Source of the DNA: Nannocystis bainbridge | Lineage (GTDB): Bacteria; Myxococcota_A; Polyangia; Nannocystales; Nannocystaceae | DNA: 64,000 nucleotides | Assembly: GCF_028368995.1 (NCBI RefSeq) | Contig: NZ_JAQNDL010000001.1 | Location: 3,168,001-3,232,000 of the forward strand | Direction: 5' to 3' | Part shown: positions 53,425 to 63,201 of the stretch, piece by piece | Layout of the letters: each line of letters opens with the position of its first letter | Numbering within the stretch: the stretch's first letter is position 1 | Translations under genes and position numbers: made by a program | The notes under the pieces: model-generated | Told to the model about the DNA's origin: nothing | The model's database searches: none | The model's input: the letters and a program-made list of their open reading frames with translations, nothing else

Positions 53425-54529
53425 GAGAATGAACGAGCGCGCCGGTGTCGATCGGGGCGACGGTGTAGCGCGGCCCGATGCCCCAGGCCAGCGGAGAGCG
53501 GACGAAGGGCGAGGAGCAGTAGATGTTGGGGACCTCGCCGCCGGCGTCGCCGCGATCGACGATCGCCTTCTCGAGCACCATGGAGGTGTACTGCGACATG
53601 CTGCTCTCGAGCGCGTTACCGTTGAGGACGACCTCGGCGCCGTACTTGACGGCGTGCTCGCGCAGGCTGCGGAGGCCGGAGGCGCGCGGCAAATAGCTCT
53701 CGGGGCAGAGGCCGTTCTCGGAGATGGCGAACACGCCGCGGCCGGCGGCGTGGAAGACGATCGAGTGGTTGCCGAGCGTGTGCCCCGGGGTCCACACCAG
53801 CGCGAGCCCCTTGCCGAGCCACACCGAGCCCTCGACGACGACGATCCGCTCGGCCGGCACGCCGTCGAGCGCCTCTTCGATCCACCACGGCCGCTGCAGC
53901 GGGTGCAGCGCCTGCAGGGTCTCGAGCTCGCGGCGATTGACGATCAGCCGCGCGTTCGGATAGAGCGGCGGCCGCCCGTCTTCGCCGACGAGGCCGCGCC
54001 GCAGGTCCTGGACGTGCAGGTGGTCGAAGGTGACGTAGTCGATCTTGGCCGGGTCGACGCCGAGCCGCTTGCGCGCCAGCGCTGCCGGGCCGTCGGCCCT
54101 TCGCAGCAGCTCGGGCGACAGCACCGGCAGCAGGTCGCGGCGCAGCTGGTCGAAGAAACCTGCCCTCGCGGACAGGTCGGCCTCGCTCGGGTTGACGAAG
54201 ATCGTGCGCGCCTGCCCGCTCCAGTCCTCGAACTCGATCAGGTTGCAGCGGTTGCGCATCAGCAGGTACTTCGCCCGGGTCGGCGGCGCCTGCCAGAAGC
54301 CGAACGCGACCGGGTACGGGAACGGCAGCAGGTCGATCGTTCGGAAGCCGCGGACGGGGCCGTCGCCGCGGAACTGGCGGGCGAAGGCCTCGCCGCGGGC
54401 GCGCATGTCCTCGAGGCGAAACCCGGGCCGCTGCTCGCGCCAGCCGTCGTCGAGCTCGGGGATGGCGCGAAAGTTGGCGGGCAGCTCCGCCGCGCGCGGC
54501 GCCGGGACGGTGGAGCTCTCGAACGGCAT
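53417..54529 (-). CDS. Metallo-beta-lactamase-fold hydrolase
   Basis: IDYVTFDHLHVQD, YPNARLIV, TPGHTLGNHS. Confidence 0.75.
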   Translation of the reverse strand: MPFESSTVPAPRAAELPANFRAIPELDDGWREQRPGFRLEDMRARGEAFARQFRGDGPVRGFRTIDLLPFPYPVAFGFWQAPPTRAKYLLMRNRCNLIEFEDWSGQARTIFVNPSEADLSARAGFFDQLRRDLLPVLSPELLRRADGPAALARKRLGVDPAKIDYVTFDHLHVQDLRRGLVGEDGRPPLYPNARLIVNRRELETLQALHPLQRPWWIEEALDGVPAERIVVVEGSVWLGKGLALVWTPGHTLGNHSIVFHAAGRGVFAISENGLCPESYLPRASGLRSLREHAVKYGAEVVLNGNALESSMSQYTSMVLEKAIVDRGDAGGEVPNIYCSSPFVRSPLAWGIGPRYTVAPIDTGALVHSLA

Positions 54530-54691
54530 CGCGGCCACCTTATCGCGCCGGCGAGCGGCCGTCAGCGGCGCAGAGGCATGGGCCGCACGCAGCTTCATGG
54601 GCGCGCGCTCGCCAGGGCGGCGACGCTCACGCTCCACGCCAGAAATTCAGCGCGTAGCGGCAGCCTCACGCCCGGCGGCGACCCGCTCGCG

Positions 54692-55348
54692 TCAGCGCCC
54701 GTAGGTCCGCTGCAGGTGGGCGACGGCAGCACCGGCGCCGCGCACATCGACCCCGTGATTGGGGTCGAGCAGGGCCGGCAGTTCGGCGCGACCGGTGCGC
54801 TCGGCCAGCTCCGCCATTTTGGCGCTGCCGCGGCCGCAGGTGCGCCAGCGATAGGCGATCTCGCGGGCGCACAGCCACTGGCGGATCTCTCGCGCCTCCG
54901 CCGAGGTCTCGTCGGCGAACAGCTCGAGCGGCTGATTCGGCGCCGCGGACGCGAGCGCGCGCACCCGCGGCAGCGCCAGCGAGGCCAGGCCGCTCGACAG
55001 CGTCGTCAGCGGCCCGAGCCGCAGCGCCCACGGCACCTCACCGTCGCCGTAGCGGTCGACCAGGTGCTGCACGATCGCCGACGACTCGCGGATCAGCTGC
55101 CCCCCGTCGACCAGCTGCGGGAACGGCGGGACCCGCTCGGGGCGGAAGCGCGTGCCACCCGGGGGGCACGGCCGCATCAGCACGTCGAGGTCGAGCCACA
55201 CCAGCGCCTCGCGGACCTTGCGGCAGAACGGGCACGCCTCGAACTCGTAGAGCACCAGCTCGCCCGTCGGTCGCGGCCCCGTGACGCCCACGCGCCCGCC
55301 GAGCCCGAAGCGCGCCGCCGTCGCCACCGCCGAACCCAGCCGCGTCAT
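54692..55348 (-). CDS. Tandem glutaredoxin / GST N-terminal domain protein
   Basis: LYEFEACPFCRKVRE, PQLVD...ESSAIVQHL, and a second degenerate domain (LPALLDPNHG). Confidence 0.82.
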   Translation of the reverse strand: MTRLGSAVATAARFGLGGRVGVTGPRPTGELVLYEFEACPFCRKVREALVWLDLDVLMRPCPPGGTRFRPERVPPFPQLVDGGQLIRESSAIVQHLVDRYGDGEVPWALRLGPLTTLSSGLASLALPRVRALASAAPNQPLELFADETSAEAREIRQWLCAREIAYRWRTCGRGSAKMAELAERTGRAELPALLDPNHGVDVRGAGAAVAHLQRTYGR

Positions 55349-55460
55349 GCCCTGCCCCTCGCGCGTCGCGTCATGTCCCGTCTCCTCAGCTTGCATGGGC
55401 GACAATCGCCGCTGCGCAACCGACGATCGCGCCGGTGGGCCGTGACGGCCCGCGCGGACC

Positions 55461-55612
55461 ATCACCTGTCCCCCGGGACATCCGCCTCGCCGACGCCCGG
55501 GCGCGCGCCCGCGAACCTCGATTCGAAATCACCTGTCCCCCAGGACAGCCTCGCCCCGCCGGCGCCCTCCGCGGACCCACCAAAATCACCTGTCCTCGGG
55601 GACAGCCTCGCC
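55461..55612. repeat. Three about 30-bp direct repeats, each with a perfect TGTCC-N4-GGACA core
   Basis: (AA)ATCACCTGTCCnnnnGGACA(GCCTCGCC) at 55461, 55526 and 55583. Cores at 55467, 55534 and 55591. Confidence 0.88.
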
Positions 55613-55627
55613 TCGCCGCCGCTCCCC

Positions 55628-56278
55628 TCAAGAGCGGGCCTTCGGCAGCTGCTTGCGCAGGAACTCGACCGCGACCTGGCAGAACGGGCGGAACTCCTGC
55701 CCGTCGCGGCTCGACCAGCGATCGATCTCCCGCTCGAGCGCCGCGCGCGACCACGTCTTGGTGTCGCTGTATTTCTTGCGCAGGCGGGCCACCAGGCCCT
55801 CGATCACCCGGCGCCGCAATTGCCGGAGGTGCGGCGCGTTGAGGCCGAGCACCTGGTCGAGGTCGCGCTCGGCCTCGGCGTCGGCGCCGAACACCCGGCC
55901 CTCGACGAAGCCGTAGCGCACGCGGTGCTCGACCCCCGCGATCGGGTCGAGCACCAGCGGGCTCGCGCCCTTGCGCACGTCGCAGTGGCGGATGTCGCGC
56001 TGCTCGTGCGTCGGGTTGTCCTGTCCTCCGGGACAGGCGGCCAGCAGGTTGCGGTGCGTCAGCTGCTGCCCGCGGTGCTCGTGCTGCGGCCGCAGGTGCT
56101 CGATGCGCAGCGACTCGACCGCGATGCGGTTCATGCAGTAGCAGCAGATCGCGCCCTGCTCGCGCACCAGCGCCCGCCGCAGCTCCTGCTTCCACGGGCC
56201 CGGATCTTCGAAGCTGCCGCCGGCCTGGCGGTGCTCCGTCAGCGCCGCCGGCTCGCGGCCCTTGCGGATGTTCTTCAT
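55628..56278 (-). CDS. ptuB: HNH endonuclease, PtuB/TIGR02646-like
   Basis: MKNIRKGREP, LVREQGAICCYC, IEHLRPQ, NLLAAC, HCDVRKG, VLGLN. ATGA-coupled to the ATPase. Confidence 0.85.
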   Translation of the reverse strand: MKNIRKGREPAALTEHRQAGGSFEDPGPWKQELRRALVREQGAICCYCMNRIAVESLRIEHLRPQHEHRGQQLTHRNLLAACPGGQDNPTHEQRDIRHCDVRKGASPLVLDPIAGVEHRVRYGFVEGRVFGADAEAERDLDQVLGLNAPHLRQLRRRVIEGLVARLRKKYSDTKTWSRAALEREIDRWSSRDGQEFRPFCQVAVEFLRKQLPKARS

Positions 56279-57630
56279 CCCGCCGCCTCGTCGTCGTCCT
56301 CGGCCAGGAACTCCATCATGCTGCCGAGGCGGACCACCTCGGCGTCGTGCGGGCCGAAGTCCGCGACGAGCTCGGCCAGCGCCGCCCGGGCCGCGGGCCA
56401 GCGCTCCTCGTCGATCAGGCGGGCCACCGCGCGGACCTTCGCGGCCGAGAAGGGCGGGTACTGATCGACGCCCATCACATCGTAGAGGATCGCGTTGCTG
56501 TCGCGCCCGAGGGTGTGCGGCGGCTCGTCGACCAATTGAAAGTCGCGCAGCAGCTTGACCTGCTCGCGCGGCACCAGCGACAGCACCTGCGGCGAGTGGG
56601 TGGTGACGATGAACTGCAGGTTGGGGAAGGTGCGCTCGAGGTCGGGGATCAGCGTGCGCTGCCACTGCGGGTGCAGGTGCAGCTCGACCTCGTCGACGAG
56701 CACGATCCCGCGGCCCTGCAGCGGGTCGGCGAGGTTCGGGTGGGTGATCGCCAGCCGGCGGGCGATGTCGCCGACCAGCACGAGCAGGCCCTGCTCGCCG
56801 CCCGACAGCTGCGAGAAGGCCAGCTGGGTGCCGCGCTTGCGCAAGATCAGCGCGGGCCGGCGACCGACCACGAAATCGATGTGGGCCGCGCCGGGCTCGC
56901 GCGTGGGCCGGCGACGGAACCGCAGGTCGGTCCAGTCGGGCAGGAACGAGAGGATCGCCCGCCGCACCGCGGCCAGCTGCGGGTCGACGTGGTCGCGGTG
57001 CTCGCGGATGAGCTCGTTCTCGAGGTCCTCGCGCAGCAAGAACCACCGCAAGAAGTCTTCGCGCCGGGCCCCGCGCGACCAGCCGTGATCGGCGTACAGC
57101 CCCGCGGGCCCCGAGGGCAGCTCGCCGCGGGCGTCGTCCACCTCGGCCTCGACGTAGCGCTCGTGCGAGTAGGTGGCGAGCATCGGCGCGTCGAGCACGA
57201 CCCCGCGGGCCAGCGCGTCGGCCCAGCGCGCGGCCCAGCTGGCGGTCTGCGGCGTGTCGGGCTGGGCGTGGTGCCAGCGGTCCCACCGGTGCGCGAGCTC
57301 GTGGCGCAGCACGAACGACGCCTCGCCCGGCTCCGGGTCGGCGAACAGCTCGTCTTTCGTGGTGATCGCCGGCGGCGTCCACACGAACTCGCCGTGGACC
57401 ACGCAGCGCTCGGCCCCGGCGCGCACGTCGGCCAGGCTGAGCCGCGACGCGTCCTCGCCGAGCCCGGTGCGGGCCACCGCGAGCGCCAGCAAGTAAGCCA
57501 CGGCGTCGAGCACCGAGGTCTTGCCGCTCCCGTTGACCCCCACCAGCGCCGTCGTGCGCCCGCGCGAGAGGTCGAGCTCCAGCGACGCGAAGCCGCGGAA
57601 GCTCTCGAGCTGCAGCCGATGAATCCGCAT
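56275..57630 (-). CDS. ptuA: ABC/AAA ATPase, PtuA-like
   Basis: LQLESFRGF, GVNGSGKTSVLDA, QLSGGE, GDIARRL, VDEVELHLHPQWQ, FIVTTHSPQV, GRDSNAIL..VMG. Confidence 0.88.
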   Translation of the reverse strand: MRIHRLQLESFRGFASLELDLSRGRTTALVGVNGSGKTSVLDAVAYLLALAVARTGLGEDASRLSLADVRAGAERCVVHGEFVWTPPAITTKDELFADPEPGEASFVLRHELAHRWDRWHHAQPDTPQTASWAARWADALARGVVLDAPMLATYSHERYVEAEVDDARGELPSGPAGLYADHGWSRGARREDFLRWFLLREDLENELIREHRDHVDPQLAAVRRAILSFLPDWTDLRFRRRPTREPGAAHIDFVVGRRPALILRKRGTQLAFSQLSGGEQGLLVLVGDIARRLAITHPNLADPLQGRGIVLVDEVELHLHPQWQRTLIPDLERTFPNLQFIVTTHSPQVLSLVPREQVKLLRDFQLVDEPPHTLGRDSNAILYDVMGVDQYPPFSAAKVRAVARLIDEERWPAARAALAELVADFGPHDAEVVRLGSMMEFLAEDDDEAAG

Positions 57631-57803
57631 CGATCGCCGAACCGGCCGCAGTGTAGGCCCCGGCGCGCGGCGCTCGCAAGTGCGCGCGTTCGTCAGCGCC
57701 GCGCGCTGAATCATCGCTACGCGCGGCCTCCGGCCGGTCTCGCCGCGCCGACGCCTCGGGCCGGGCCCCGCGACGGCACCCGCCCGCGCTCACGCGCCGC
57801 GCG

Positions 57804-59360
57804 TCAGTGCTGCGCGCGGCGGCGGAACGCGGCCACCAGCGCCTCGGGCTCGACCCGGCCGGGGCCGACGCCCGGCTTCGGCCGGACCATCCCGAGCGAG
57901 GCCATGTCGTGGACGTAGGCCGGGCGGCGCATCCCGACCAGCACGCACGTGACCGGCAGCGCCAGCAGCGTGAGCACGGCCCGGCGCGACAGCGGCAGCC
58001 CGCGCCACGCGTCGGGGGTGGCGGCGGCCAGGCGGTCGCCGATCGCGTCGGTGAGGGCCTGCGCGCGGGCGCGGAAGTCGTCCTCGATGGCGTCGAGCGC
58101 GGCCAGCATCTGCTGCCCGTACTCGTCCCAGAACGCGCGGAACTCGGGCTGCAGCGCCGGGTCGAGGTCGCTCGTCAGGCTGGCCTCGATCTGCGCGCAG
58201 TGGGCCGCGATCACGTTGTTGCGCAGGTGCAGCCAGTGCCCGAGGTCGCGGATCTGGCCGAGCCCGGACTGCAGCTCGCTGCCCCAGCGCAGCAGGTCGC
58301 GAATGCCGTCGCCGTACTCGGCGGCCAGGCGCGCCCCCAGGCCCTCGGCCCACTCGCCCTCGAGCCGCTGCAGCGCCCGCAGGATCGGCAGCGGATCTCT
58401 CGCCTGGTCTTTGGGACCTGGCGCATCGGCCAGGCGGATCATGTGCGGCCCCTCGCCCTCGTCGACGAACGCGTTGAGCGGGCGGTTGACGAGCAGCGCC
58501 AGGCCCTCGCGGCGGGCCAGCGCCACCACCGAGGGCGCGCCGTCGGGCTGGGCCTCGGTCAGGGCGCCGAGCTCGTAGAGGTTGAGCGGCAGCTCGGCGA
58601 CGGCGAAGTGGTGCAGCGCGCCGCCGACCTCGCGCGCGAGCGCCAGCGCGCGGCCGAGCGAGACGTACTGGCCGCTGTCCGCCGGCTCGACGAAGCTGTT
58701 GGCCGACACGCCGTACCAGGCGATCTCGCCGCGCTGCACGGCCTGCTCGAGGAACCCGAACGCCTCGCGCAGGCGCCTCTCGAACTCCTCGCGATCCTCG
58801 GCCGTGACCTCGTCGGCGCGGTTCTCGCAGTCGATGAAGAAGTACTCAGGGTTGTGCAGCAGGAACACGTCGATCGTCTGCAGCCCGAGGCGTTGGCGGC
58901 TGAGCGCCAGCTGGTCGGCGAGGAACTCGGGGTGCAGGCAGTGCCAGCAGCTGTCCTGGTAGCGGACCAGGTCGGGGTACGGCGGCTGGCGCTCGTGGGC
59001 GAGCTCGAGCGCGGTGCCCTGCAGGTACCCGGCCTTGGTGACGACGACGATGTCCTCGCGGCCGGCGACGCGGCCCTCGAACAGCTCGCGCAGGACCTGG
59101 CCGACGAGGATCTCGCTGCCGCCGTCGCCGTAGTTGGCGCTGGTGTCGACCAGGTTGACGCCGGCGCGCACCGCCTCCTCGAAGGCCTGACGGTGCAGCC
59201 CCGACTCGACGTGCACGCGGTAGGCGCCGAAACCGACCGGCGCGACGTGGAGGCCGGTGCGCCCGAGCTGGCGCGCGTCCATGCCGAATCGACGCGCCCG
59301 CTCGGCGCTCGCCGCCGGCGCCGCGCGTCCGGGCCACAGAGGTCGCTCTTGCTCGCTCAT
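57804..59360 (-). CDS. Aldo/keto reductase family protein (long form)
   Basis: LGRTGL.V..VGFG, VDTSANYGDGGSE, VVTKAG, LLHNPE, YGVS.N, VLVGMRRPAYV. Confidence 0.88.
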   Translation of the reverse strand: MSEQERPLWPGRAAPAASAERARRFGMDARQLGRTGLHVAPVGFGAYRVHVESGLHRQAFEEAVRAGVNLVDTSANYGDGGSEILVGQVLRELFEGRVAGREDIVVVTKAGYLQGTALELAHERQPPYPDLVRYQDSCWHCLHPEFLADQLALSRQRLGLQTIDVFLLHNPEYFFIDCENRADEVTAEDREEFERRLREAFGFLEQAVQRGEIAWYGVSANSFVEPADSGQYVSLGRALALAREVGGALHHFAVAELPLNLYELGALTEAQPDGAPSVVALARREGLALLVNRPLNAFVDEGEGPHMIRLADAPGPKDQARDPLPILRALQRLEGEWAEGLGARLAAEYGDGIRDLLRWGSELQSGLGQIRDLGHWLHLRNNVIAAHCAQIEASLTSDLDPALQPEFRAFWDEYGQQMLAALDAIEDDFRARAQALTDAIGDRLAAATPDAWRGLPLSRRAVLTLLALPVTCVLVGMRRPAYVHDMASLGMVRPKPGVGPGRVEPEALVAAFRRRAQH

Positions 59361-59496
59361 CGGCGGCGAGCAGTACGACAGGCCGCGAGCACCGTCAACG
59401 CCGGCGTCGGCCGCGGGGCGCGCCGCAGCTTGCACGTGCAAGCGCCGGTGGGCGACCATGCGGCTCCGGCTCGGCCGTCCGCCCGAATTCGCGCCC

Positions 59497-61671
59497 ATGT
59501 TCAGCGCCCTGCGCCACCTGCTCGAATACCTCCGGCCCTACCGCTTCGAGGTGTCGCTGCTGCTGGCGGGGCTCCTGATCGACCTCGCGTTCAACGTCCT
59601 GTTCAGCCTCAGCTTCCAGTACGTCATCGACGAGGCGATCGCCAAGCACGACGAGGCGCTGCTCTACGCGATCCTCGTCGCCCTGCTGGTCGCCGTGGTC
59701 GTCGCCGCCGGCGTCGCCATCATGCGCGACTACCTCTACGCCCGCCTCGGCACCGCGGTGATGAACGACCTGCGCCTGCGGATGTTCGAGCACCTGCAGC
59801 GGCTGTCGCACAACTTCTACACCCGCATGCAGGTCGGCGACATCCTCGCCCGCTTCTCGACCGACCTCGCCGCGGTCCAGAACGCGGTGATCCTCGCCAT
59901 CCCCGAGACGATCCTCGGCATCCTCGGCGTCACCACCATCTCGATCCTGCTGTTCATCTTCTCGTGGCAGCTGGCCCTGCTCACGCTGGTCGGCCTGCCG
60001 CTGGCGACCCTCGGCCCGCACCTCCTGGGCCCCCGGGCCGAGCGCGACAGCTACCTGGTGCGCCACGAGGAGGCCCAGGTCGCCAGCACCGTGCAGGAGA
60101 ACCTCGGCGCCCACGCGGTCGTGCGCGCGTTCCAGCTGGCGCCCGAGCAGACCGCCCGGTTCCGCTACAAGCTGCGCTCGCTCTACCGCATCGGCGTGCG
60201 CTTCAACCTCAGCACCTATCTGGTCGAGCGCACGCCCAACCTGACCTTCTTGCTGCTGCAGATCGCCGTGTTCGGGTTCGGCGCGGTCAAGACCTTCCAC
60301 GGCGAGCTGACGCTCGGCTCGCTGGTCGCTTTCAACATCCTGCTCGGCTACCTCAGCACCTACGTCACCGCGCTGACGCGGGTGATGCCGCCGCTGTTGA
60401 TGGCGGCCGGCGGCATCAAGCGCATCCAGGAGCTGCTCGGCGCGCGCCCGCAGGTGCAGGAGAAGTTCAGCCCCAACACGCTCGGGCCGCTGCGCGAGGC
60501 GATCACGTTCCAGGACGTGTCGTTCTCGTACACCGGCGAGCACAAGAACCTCGACCGCGTGAACCTGCGGATCTCTCGCGGCACCACGGTGGCGATCGTC
60601 GGCGCCAGCGGCTCGGGCAAGAGCACCGTGCTCGGCCTGCTGGCCCGCTTCTACGATCCGGACGACGGCACCGTCGCGTTCGACGGCGCCGACATCCGCG
60701 CCGCCTCGTTCGACTCGCTGCGCGGCCAGCTCGGCATCGTGTTCCAGGACAGCTTCCTCTTCGACACGACGGTCCGCGAGAACATCCGCATGGGCCGCCT
60801 CACCGCCACCGACGACGAGGTCGAGAAGGCCGCGCGCGCGGCCGAGATCCACGACCTCGTCGCCGGCCTGCCCGAGGGCTACAACACCGTGGTCGGCGAA
60901 CGCGGCAGCCGGCTGTCGGGCGGCCAGCGCCAGCGGTTGGCGATCGCCCGCGCGATCCTCCGCGACCCGCAGATCCTGCTGCTCGACGAGGCGACGTCGG
61001 CGCTCGACCCGACCACGGAGGCCGCGATCAACGGCACGCTCGAGCGCCTCGGTCGCGACCGCACCGTCATCGGCGTGACGCACCGCCTGGCTTCGACGCG
61101 GCTCGCCGACCTGATCCTCGTGTTCGACAAGGGCCGCCTGGTCGAGCAGGGCAACCAGCGCGAGCTGCTCGCGGTCGACGGCCTCTACCGGCGGTTGTGG
61201 AACAAGCAGCAGGGCCTGGTCGTGTCCGAGGACGGCACGCGCGCCGAGGTCGAGCCCGAGCGCCTGCGCGCGATCCCGATCCTCAGCACCCTGTCCGACA
61301 CGATGCTCGCCGCGGTCGCGCGCACCTTCCTCAGCGAGCGCTTCAGCGAGGGCCGCCCCGTCATCCTCGAGGGCGACACCACCGTGGAGAAGTTCTACAT
61401 CGTCGCTCGCGGCAAGGTCGCCGTGCTCAAGCGCCAGGAGGACGGCAGCGACAAGCAGATCGCCGCGCTGCAAGAGGGCGACTACTTCGGCGAGGTCGCG
61501 CTCCTGCGCGACGCCCCGCGCAACGCGACCATCCGCACGCTGACCCCGTGCATCTTGCTGACGCTGCAGCGCCGGCAGTTCCTCGAGCTGATCCAGAGCG
61601 ACCCACGGCTCAGCCACGAATTCGACTCGGTGGTCCGGGCCCGGGTACACCCCGTGACGACGACGGCGTGA
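59497..61671 (+). CDS. ABC exporter (TMD + NBD) with C-terminal cyclic nucleotide-binding domain
   Basis: Six TM helices, GASGSGKST, LSGGQRQR, LLLDEATSALD, and cNMP FYIVARGKV...GDYFGEVALL.DAPRNATI. Confidence 0.92.
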   Translation: MFSALRHLLEYLRPYRFEVSLLLAGLLIDLAFNVLFSLSFQYVIDEAIAKHDEALLYAILVALLVAVVVAAGVAIMRDYLYARLGTAVMNDLRLRMFEHLQRLSHNFYTRMQVGDILARFSTDLAAVQNAVILAIPETILGILGVTTISILLFIFSWQLALLTLVGLPLATLGPHLLGPRAERDSYLVRHEEAQVASTVQENLGAHAVVRAFQLAPEQTARFRYKLRSLYRIGVRFNLSTYLVERTPNLTFLLLQIAVFGFGAVKTFHGELTLGSLVAFNILLGYLSTYVTALTRVMPPLLMAAGGIKRIQELLGARPQVQEKFSPNTLGPLREAITFQDVSFSYTGEHKNLDRVNLRISRGTTVAIVGASGSGKSTVLGLLARFYDPDDGTVAFDGADIRAASFDSLRGQLGIVFQDSFLFDTTVRENIRMGRLTATDDEVEKAARAAEIHDLVAGLPEGYNTVVGERGSRLSGGQRQRLAIARAILRDPQILLLDEATSALDPTTEAAINGTLERLGRDRTVIGVTHRLASTRLADLILVFDKGRLVEQGNQRELLAVDGLYRRLWNKQQGLVVSEDGTRAEVEPERLRAIPILSTLSDTMLAAVARTFLSERFSEGRPVILEGDTTVEKFYIVARGKVAVLKRQEDGSDKQIAALQEGDYFGEVALLRDAPRNATIRTLTPCILLTLQRRQFLELIQSDPRLSHEFDSVVRARVHPVTTTA

Positions 61672-61699
61672 GCGCGCCGCGGCGGAGACCGGACCGAGG

Positions 61700-62242
61700 A
61701 TGACGCACGAATCAGAGGGGCATGGGGTGGCTGGTGCGGAGCGTCTGCAGGACCTCGCGGGGTCGCGGGACGCCGCAGAGTCACCGCCGCGGTCGGTCGC
61801 CTCGCCGAAGATCGAGCTGCGGGCCGCGGCGCTCGGGCGCGGCGTGTTCGCGACCGAGGCGATCGCGGCCGGCGAGCTGCTGATCCGTCTGGCGCCGGTG
61901 TTCGTCGCCACCGCCGGGCAGTACACGATCCAGCTCGACGAGGACCGTCACCAGGCCGGCACCGGCGAGATCGACGATTTCCTCAATCATTGCTGCGAGC
62001 CGAGCGCCGCCCTCGACGCCGAGCAGCTGTGCTTCGTGGCCGTGCGGCCGCTCGCGCCGGGTGACGAGGTCACCTTCAACTATCTGACCTCCGAATGGGA
62101 CATGGCCGAGGCGTTCGCCTGCCGCTGCGGCGCCGGCCGTTGCTTCGGCGACATCCGCGGCTTCCGTTACCTCGGCCGCGACCGGCAGGAGGCGCTCGCC
62201 GCCCTCGTCACGCCGTTCCTGCGCCGACGCGCCGGCCTCTGA
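61700..62242 (+). CDS. SET-domain protein-lysine methyltransferase with post-SET zinc cluster
   Basis: GRGVFATEAI, FLNHCCEP, GDEVTFNY, FACRCGAGRC.G.I.G. Confidence 0.88.
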   Translation: MTHESEGHGVAGAERLQDLAGSRDAAESPPRSVASPKIELRAAALGRGVFATEAIAAGELLIRLAPVFVATAGQYTIQLDEDRHQAGTGEIDDFLNHCCEPSAALDAEQLCFVAVRPLAPGDEVTFNYLTSEWDMAEAFACRCGAGRCFGDIRGFRYLGRDRQEALAALVTPFLRRRAGL

Positions 62243-62286
62243 GCTTGCCAAGCGCGGGCGCGCGCCCCTATCATCGCCGGCCGAAC

Positions 62287-63153
62287 ATGTCGATGCAGCT
62301 CCTGGTGTCCGCCCTCGTCAGCGTCGCAATGGTCGCGCCCGCCTCGTCGGCGACGAAGCCGACCGCCGAGGGCAGCGCCGCCGCGTCGGCGCCGACCACC
62401 GGCGAGGACGCCAAGCTGAAGCGCGCCGAGGAGCTGTTCCTCAACGGCCGCCAGCTGTTCAAAGAGGGCTCGTACGAGGCCGCGATCCTGGCGTTCCAGG
62501 AGAGCTACGAGCTGTCGCGGCTGCCCGAGATCCTCTACAACATCGGCAACTCCTACGAAAAGCTCGGCGACTTCGCCAACGCTCGCAAGTACCTCGACCA
62601 GTATCGGGCCTTCGCGCCGGAGAAGGAGCGCGAGCTGCTGGGTCGGCGGATCCAGAACCTCGACCAGCGCCTGCGCGAGCAAGAGGACCGGGCCCGCGCC
62701 GAGCGCGAGCGGCAGGAGCAGGAGGCCAAGCAGGCCGAGCCCGGCCCCGTCGCGCCGCCGCCCGTAACCCCCGCCGAGCCCGCGCCCGAGCCCAAGAAGG
62801 ACCGCGTGTTCGGCCCCGCCGCCGGCGTCCTCACCGGCGTCGCCGTCGTCGGCCTCGGCCTCGGCATCGGCTTCGGCGTCAGCGCCCAGAGCCAGCGCAA
62901 CCAGGCGCTCGAGCACTGCAGCGCGGCCGGCGAGCAGACCTACTGCGACGTCGACGCGCGACCGTTCCTCGACGCCCAGAAGTCGCGCGCGCTCGGTGCC
63001 GACATCAGCTTCGCCATCGCCGGCGCGGCGGCGATCGCCGTGATCGCCATCGTCGCGGTCAAGGCGACCCGCAAGAAGCGCGAGCAGACCGCCCGCTTGA
63101 CCCCGTGGGGCAGCCCGCGCGGCGCCGGCCTGGCGCTCGGCTTCCGCTTCTAG
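62287..63153 (+). CDS. Secreted TPR protein with C-terminal hydrophobic region
   Basis: Signal peptide, AEELFLNGRQLFKEGSYEAAILAFQESY...LYNIGNSYEKLG TPR, Gly-rich TM hairpin, terminal GFRF. Confidence 0.8.
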   Translation: MSMQLLVSALVSVAMVAPASSATKPTAEGSAAASAPTTGEDAKLKRAEELFLNGRQLFKEGSYEAAILAFQESYELSRLPEILYNIGNSYEKLGDFANARKYLDQYRAFAPEKERELLGRRIQNLDQRLREQEDRARAERERQEQEAKQAEPGPVAPPPVTPAEPAPEPKKDRVFGPAAGVLTGVAVVGLGLGIGFGVSAQSQRNQALEHCSAAGEQTYCDVDARPFLDAQKSRALGADISFAIAGAAAIAVIAIVAVKATRKKREQTARLTPWGSPRGAGLALGFRF

Positions 63154-63201
63154 GCTCTTTGAGGCTTCGTCCGCTCGGAGACCGACGAGCTCCCGACGAC
63201 C

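Noticed and set aside
55461-55612. CRISPR array call (also 31092-31297 and 32536-32645)
   Set aside because: Only three imperfect repeats with unequal spacing, no leader, and no cas genes in the window. Kept as motif-cored direct repeats.
49886-56464. 2192-aa ORF and other very long overlapping ORFs (2467-6402, 17052-19577, 21549-24656, 27006-29741, 45557-49618 beyond the thioredoxin, 57807-61703)
   Set aside because: These are antisense or off-frame shadows of real genes in stop-poor high-GC DNA, with Arg/Pro/Ala-rich composition and no family motifs.
49617-57630. Integrated mobile or defence island (radC, MTase, ptuAB)
   Set aside because: No integrase, tRNA, att repeats or compositional shift, and the genes are interspersed with metabolic genes. 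The full-length radC is the chromosomal type.
57631-57803. Retron msr-msd upstream of ptuA
   Set aside because: No RT gene and no convincing a1/a2 inverted repeats were seen.
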